Shown in pieces: positions 16,843-19,695 of a stretch of DNA of 19,695 bases. Each line of letters opens with the position of its first letter. Positions within the stretch are counted from its first letter, which is position 1. The translations under genes were made by a program, and so were the position numbers. The stretch is from Tolypothrix carrinoi HA7290-LM1. GTDB lineage: Bacteria > Cyanobacteriota > Cyanobacteriia > Cyanobacteriales > Nostocaceae. The stretch is taken from contig JAHHIK010000134.1 in NCBI GenBank assembly GCA_019358935.1, positions 1 through 19,695 of the forward strand, written 5' to 3'. The notes below the pieces were generated by a model. It was given only the letters and a program-made list of their open reading frames with translations. It was not told the origin of the DNA and ran no database searches.

Positions 16843-17364
16843 TTAGAAGAATACGTCGATTTGCGATCGCCCGGTGGTTTTCAGCCAGTTTTGAGCCTCA
16901 ATGTAGTTATTGGGAGCCAAACGAATCGCTCTAATCCAATAATCACTGGCTTGATCGAATAGTGCTTCACCACCGTCGTTATCGCCAGCTTCTTTAGCTT
17001 TTTCGCCTTTAAAGTGGTAAATCACGGCGATATTGTTCAAAGCTTGGGGTAAGCGTGGGTTCAACTCAATTGCTTCATGATACAACTCCAAAGCCTTGTC
17101 ATGGTCGCCGTTACTGGCGTAAATTAGCCCCATATTGTAGAGGATATAACTGCGATCGTAGGAATCTTCCTCTAATGTTAGGGCTTCAGTATAGTAATCC
17201 AAGGCTTCGGCATATTCACCATCTGCCTGTGCTGACATTCCATCTCGGTAATAGACAAAAGCTTCTTTGGCTTTTTTGTTGGTTGGCAGCATCTTTAAGA
17301 TGATATCTGCCATCACCGTAAAGGACTTGTCAATAAAATTATCGTTTTTCTGGGTTCTTGGCAT
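16843..17364 (-). CDS. ycf3: Photosystem I assembly protein Ycf3
   Basis: [25 protein letters not shown] repeats and [13 protein letters not shown]. Confidence 0.98.
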   Translation of the reverse strand: MPRTQKNDNFIDKSFTVMADIILKMLPTNKKAKEAFVYYRDGMSAQADGEYAEALDYYTEALTLEEDSYDRSYILYNMGLIYASNGDHDKALELYHEAIELNPRLPQALNNIAVIYHFKGEKAKEAGDNDGGEALFDQASDYWIRAIRLAPNNYIEAQNWLKTTGRSQIDVFF

Positions 17365-17464
17365 ATAGTAACGAACGCTTTGGTTGCAGCTAATAAAGGA
17401 ATTGTAATTCTTTGATGCTTCTATCCCTCATTAGTTAATTTAACTGATTGCTGAGGTAATTCTT

Positions 17465-18166
17465 CTATGGAATTGAATTTATACAATCAGCATTATTATA
17501 TTTGGGGTTGTTTACCAAAGTGCTGACTGGATAGGCAGTCATAGCACTAGCTGGGTAGGGATGCAATGCTTCTTGTAGTGCTTCCGGCTTTTCCACTTGT
17601 GGATCTAACCACAAATCGTAATATTTCTTATCGAGAACCACAGGCATTCGGTCATGGATTGGTTTTAATACTTCGTTAGCAACGGTAGTCAAAATTGTAC
17701 ACGAGGTTATTTTCTCTTTTTCTGGAGATTCCCACTGCTCCCACAACCCAGCGAAGCAAAAAGGTTGTCCATCTTGCAGACGAAAGTAAAAAGGCTGCTT
17801 TTTACCGTCTATACGCTGCCATTCATAAAAGCCATCTGCCAGCACCAAACAACGCCGGCGTTTGAAAGCTGAACGAAAAGCGGGTTTTTCTGCGACAGTT
17901 TCTGCCCTAGCGTTGATCAGCTTTGCCCCCATGCTGATGTCTTTTGCCCATGAAGGAATTAACCCCCAACGTAAGAAGTGAAATTCTCGCTTGTCGCTTT
18001 CACAGTTGTGTAACACTGTTGCCACCATTTGCGTAGGTGCAATGTTATATTGCGCTGACAATTCTGGCAGTTTTTCTACATCAAAAGTTTGATTATTTGC
18101 CGAGGCAGAAGCCAGCACAGCGGCAATTGCTTCTGCCGGCTGCTTTAAAGTAAATCTTCCACACAT
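17465..18166 (-). CDS. SOS response-associated peptidase (SRAP, YedK/HMCES family)
   Basis: MCGRF N-terminus, YNIAPTQ, WGLIP, INARAET, DGFYEW and IHDRMP motifs. Confidence 0.95.
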   Translation of the reverse strand: MCGRFTLKQPAEAIAAVLASASANNQTFDVEKLPELSAQYNIAPTQMVATVLHNCESDKREFHFLRWGLIPSWAKDISMGAKLINARAETVAEKPAFRSAFKRRRCLVLADGFYEWQRIDGKKQPFYFRLQDGQPFCFAGLWEQWESPEKEKITSCTILTTVANEVLKPIHDRMPVVLDKKYYDLWLDPQVEKPEALQEALHPYPASAMTAYPVSTLVNNPKYNNADCINSIP

Positions 18167-18376
18167 ACTTTTATTTTCAACCGCTGATTAAAATTTAACA
18201 ACTAAATACTATAAACAAATAATACTTTGGTTTTTTGTTTTTTCAGAGAAATCTATATCCTACATAAAAAGCAAATATTCTTCAAATTTTGCCCTGTTTT
18301 TTTTGAAAGAATTTGATAAGATATTCTCTTCCAATCTCTGAATTCTCTATATCCTCCCTACAATAATTTTTAAGAT

Positions 18377-18991
18377 ATGGAACCACTCCAATTGTACGAT
18401 TTTTTACCTTCTGGTAATGGCTATAAGATACGTCTTTTATTGACACAACTTGGCATTCCCTTTGAGAGGGTAGAGGTTAACATCACTAAAGGTGAGACGC
18501 GAACGCCAGAATTTTTAAGTAAAAATCCAAACGGCAAGATTCCTGTTTTGGAAATTGAACCAGGGAAATATTTGTCAGAATCAAACGCTATCATGGTTTA
18601 CCTGAGCGAAGGAACAGAGTTTTTACCTTACGATCGCTTTTTGCGAGCGCAAGTACTGCAATGGCTATTTTTTGAACAGTACAGCCATGAACCTTTTATC
18701 GCTCCCCCCAGATACTGGATTTCTGTGTTAGGTAAAGCCGAACAATATAAAGATGCCTTAGAAGAAAAACATAAAGGTGGATATGCTGCACTCAGCTTGA
18801 TGGAAGAACATTTAAAGACTCACACTTTCTTTGTTGCCGAGCGTTATACCATTGCTGATATCTGTTTATTTGCATACACTCATGTAGCTCATGAAGGTGG
18901 GTTTGATTTGTCAAGATTTCCCCATATCAAAGCTTGGATAGAACGAGTCAAAGCCGAATCTCGATACATCAGCATTACTCAGGAATTATAA
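18377..18991 (+). CDS. Glutathione S-transferase family protein
   Basis: SGNGYK, NPNGKIPVL, ESNAI, QWLFFEQYSHEP and TIADI motifs. Confidence 0.93.
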   Translation: MEPLQLYDFLPSGNGYKIRLLLTQLGIPFERVEVNITKGETRTPEFLSKNPNGKIPVLEIEPGKYLSESNAIMVYLSEGTEFLPYDRFLRAQVLQWLFFEQYSHEPFIAPPRYWISVLGKAEQYKDALEEKHKGGYAALSLMEEHLKTHTFFVAERYTIADICLFAYTHVAHEGGFDLSRFPHIKAWIERVKAESRYISITQEL

Positions 18992-19003
18992 TCATTATCT
19001 CTC

Positions 19004-19095
19004 GTTACTGGGCTGCTGCTGTGAAAATGATTTATGTGAGGCTGCTACGTCAATTATACCTCGCATTCATCGTTACTAGGCAGCAGCTCAGTAAC
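19004..19095 (+). other. Long imperfect stem-loop; candidate structured 3'UTR or ncRNA
   Basis: Three stacked helices: 19004-19020/19079-19095, 19021-19030/19067-19076 and 19034-19041/19059-19066. They include four G-U pairs on the + strand. Confidence 0.55.
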
Positions 19096-19180
19096 CACAT
19101 AAAAGTGTGTTACCAGGTTCAGCCTGTTAAGGAGATATTTCTTAATCAAAGCACGTAGATTCTCTCAAAAATCACAAATC

Positions 19181-19408
19181 TTAACCTTCTTTATCAATCT
19201 CAACTAACTTTTGTCGAGAGGATAAACCCGACTTAATTCTAATATAAGATTTCGGGACATCAAACTTGTCTGATAACAATTTAATTAACTCTTCATTCGC
19301 CTTACCATCAACAGGCGGTGATTTTAAATGTACAGTAAGACTGCCGTCAGGTTGTTCTTCAATTTTTTGCTGTTTGGAATTAGGTTTAACTTTGACTTTT
19401 TTGTGCAT
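19181..19408 (-). CDS. DUF167 (YggU/UPF0235) protein
   Basis: [19 protein letters not shown] and GLSSRQK motifs. Confidence 0.92.
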   Translation of the reverse strand: MHKKVKVKPNSKQQKIEEQPDGSLTVHLKSPPVDGKANEELIKLLSDKFDVPKSYIRIKSGLSSRQKLVEIDKEG

Positions 19409-19572
19409 TGCCTATTTTCTGTAATTGTCGTAGCCACAACCAACCTAAAACACAACCTAGCAAATAATGAGGAAAATCCCACCAAGCAAAGGTAGTTCCA
19501 AGTAACCATTTACCTATTAGAGTGGCGCGAATTTCTGTCAATAAAGGGGGATGCCGTTGAAAATTCTAGTAT
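19386..19572 (-). pseudogene. 3' remnant of a DUF2809-like membrane protein gene
   Basis: ILEF, then a frameshift, then [59 protein letters not shown]. An in-frame TAG lies upstream with no start codon after it. Overlaps the DUF167 start by 23 nt. Confidence 0.7.
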
Positions 19573-19625
19573 TGAATAACTTCACTCATTTTGTAGGCAA
19601 ATATTGACATACATAGACAAATAGT

Positions 19626-19657
19626 AAAAGATCCTCGGAAACATCTGAGGATCTTTT
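19626..19657. terminator. Intrinsic terminator-like hairpin, probably for a minus-strand gene entering from the right edge
   Basis: AAAAGATCCTCGGA-AACA-TCTGAGGATCTTTT with A/T tails on both sides. Confidence 0.75.
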
Positions 19658-19695
19658 ATTTTATGGCTGTATTCCGTACTTTTCCACCACTGGTT

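Larger units (their letters stand above)
475..16870. repeat. HIP1 octamers (GCGATCGC), about 20 dispersed copies
   Basis: Examples at 475, 667, 719, 1799, 2986, 4355, 4683, 4789, 5094, 5344, 6239, 6505, 9629, 12515, 13195, 13344, 13968, 15243, 15382, 16131, 16863 (manual count). Confidence 0.95.

Noticed and set aside
19324..19509. 61-aa ORF from the track
   Set aside because: Wrong frame. The recognisable DUF2809-like peptide is in another frame, and this ORF overlaps DUF167.
19655..19695. 3' end of a minus-strand gene (possibly ...PVVEKYGIQP-stop at 19661)
   Set aside because: Too short, and the frame is ambiguous, so no product can be called.

Overview
Chromosomal window from a filamentous, probably heterocyst-forming cyanobacterium (Nostocales-like). 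The evidence is about 20 HIP1 octamers (GCGATCGC), heptamer STRR arrays in several intergenic spaces, and the genes ycf3 and fraH. Most genes are housekeeping: fraH, pgl, rph, an adenylate-kinase paralogue, dcd, aroA, gatC, ycf3, a SRAP protein, two GST-family genes and DUF167. The most unusual part is a nucleotide-metabolism cluster at 6.1-9.8 kb. It has an NMP-kinase paralogue divergent from a P-loop-degenerate CobA/BtuR-like gene and dcd, which converge on a 512-aa protein that looks like an MtrA-like domain, a ThyA thymidylate synthase and a DUF4346-like domain fused together. Other features: the end of an IS66-type element splitting a small gene at the left edge; an accessory islet at 1.3-2.9 kb (overlapping two-gene micro-operon, hsdS fossil, secreted protein, two abutting MITEs); decayed hli and DUF2809 genes; small structured dispersed repeats with covarying stems; and a long G-U-containing hairpin at 19004-19095. 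All family assignments come from motif recognition, not database searches.
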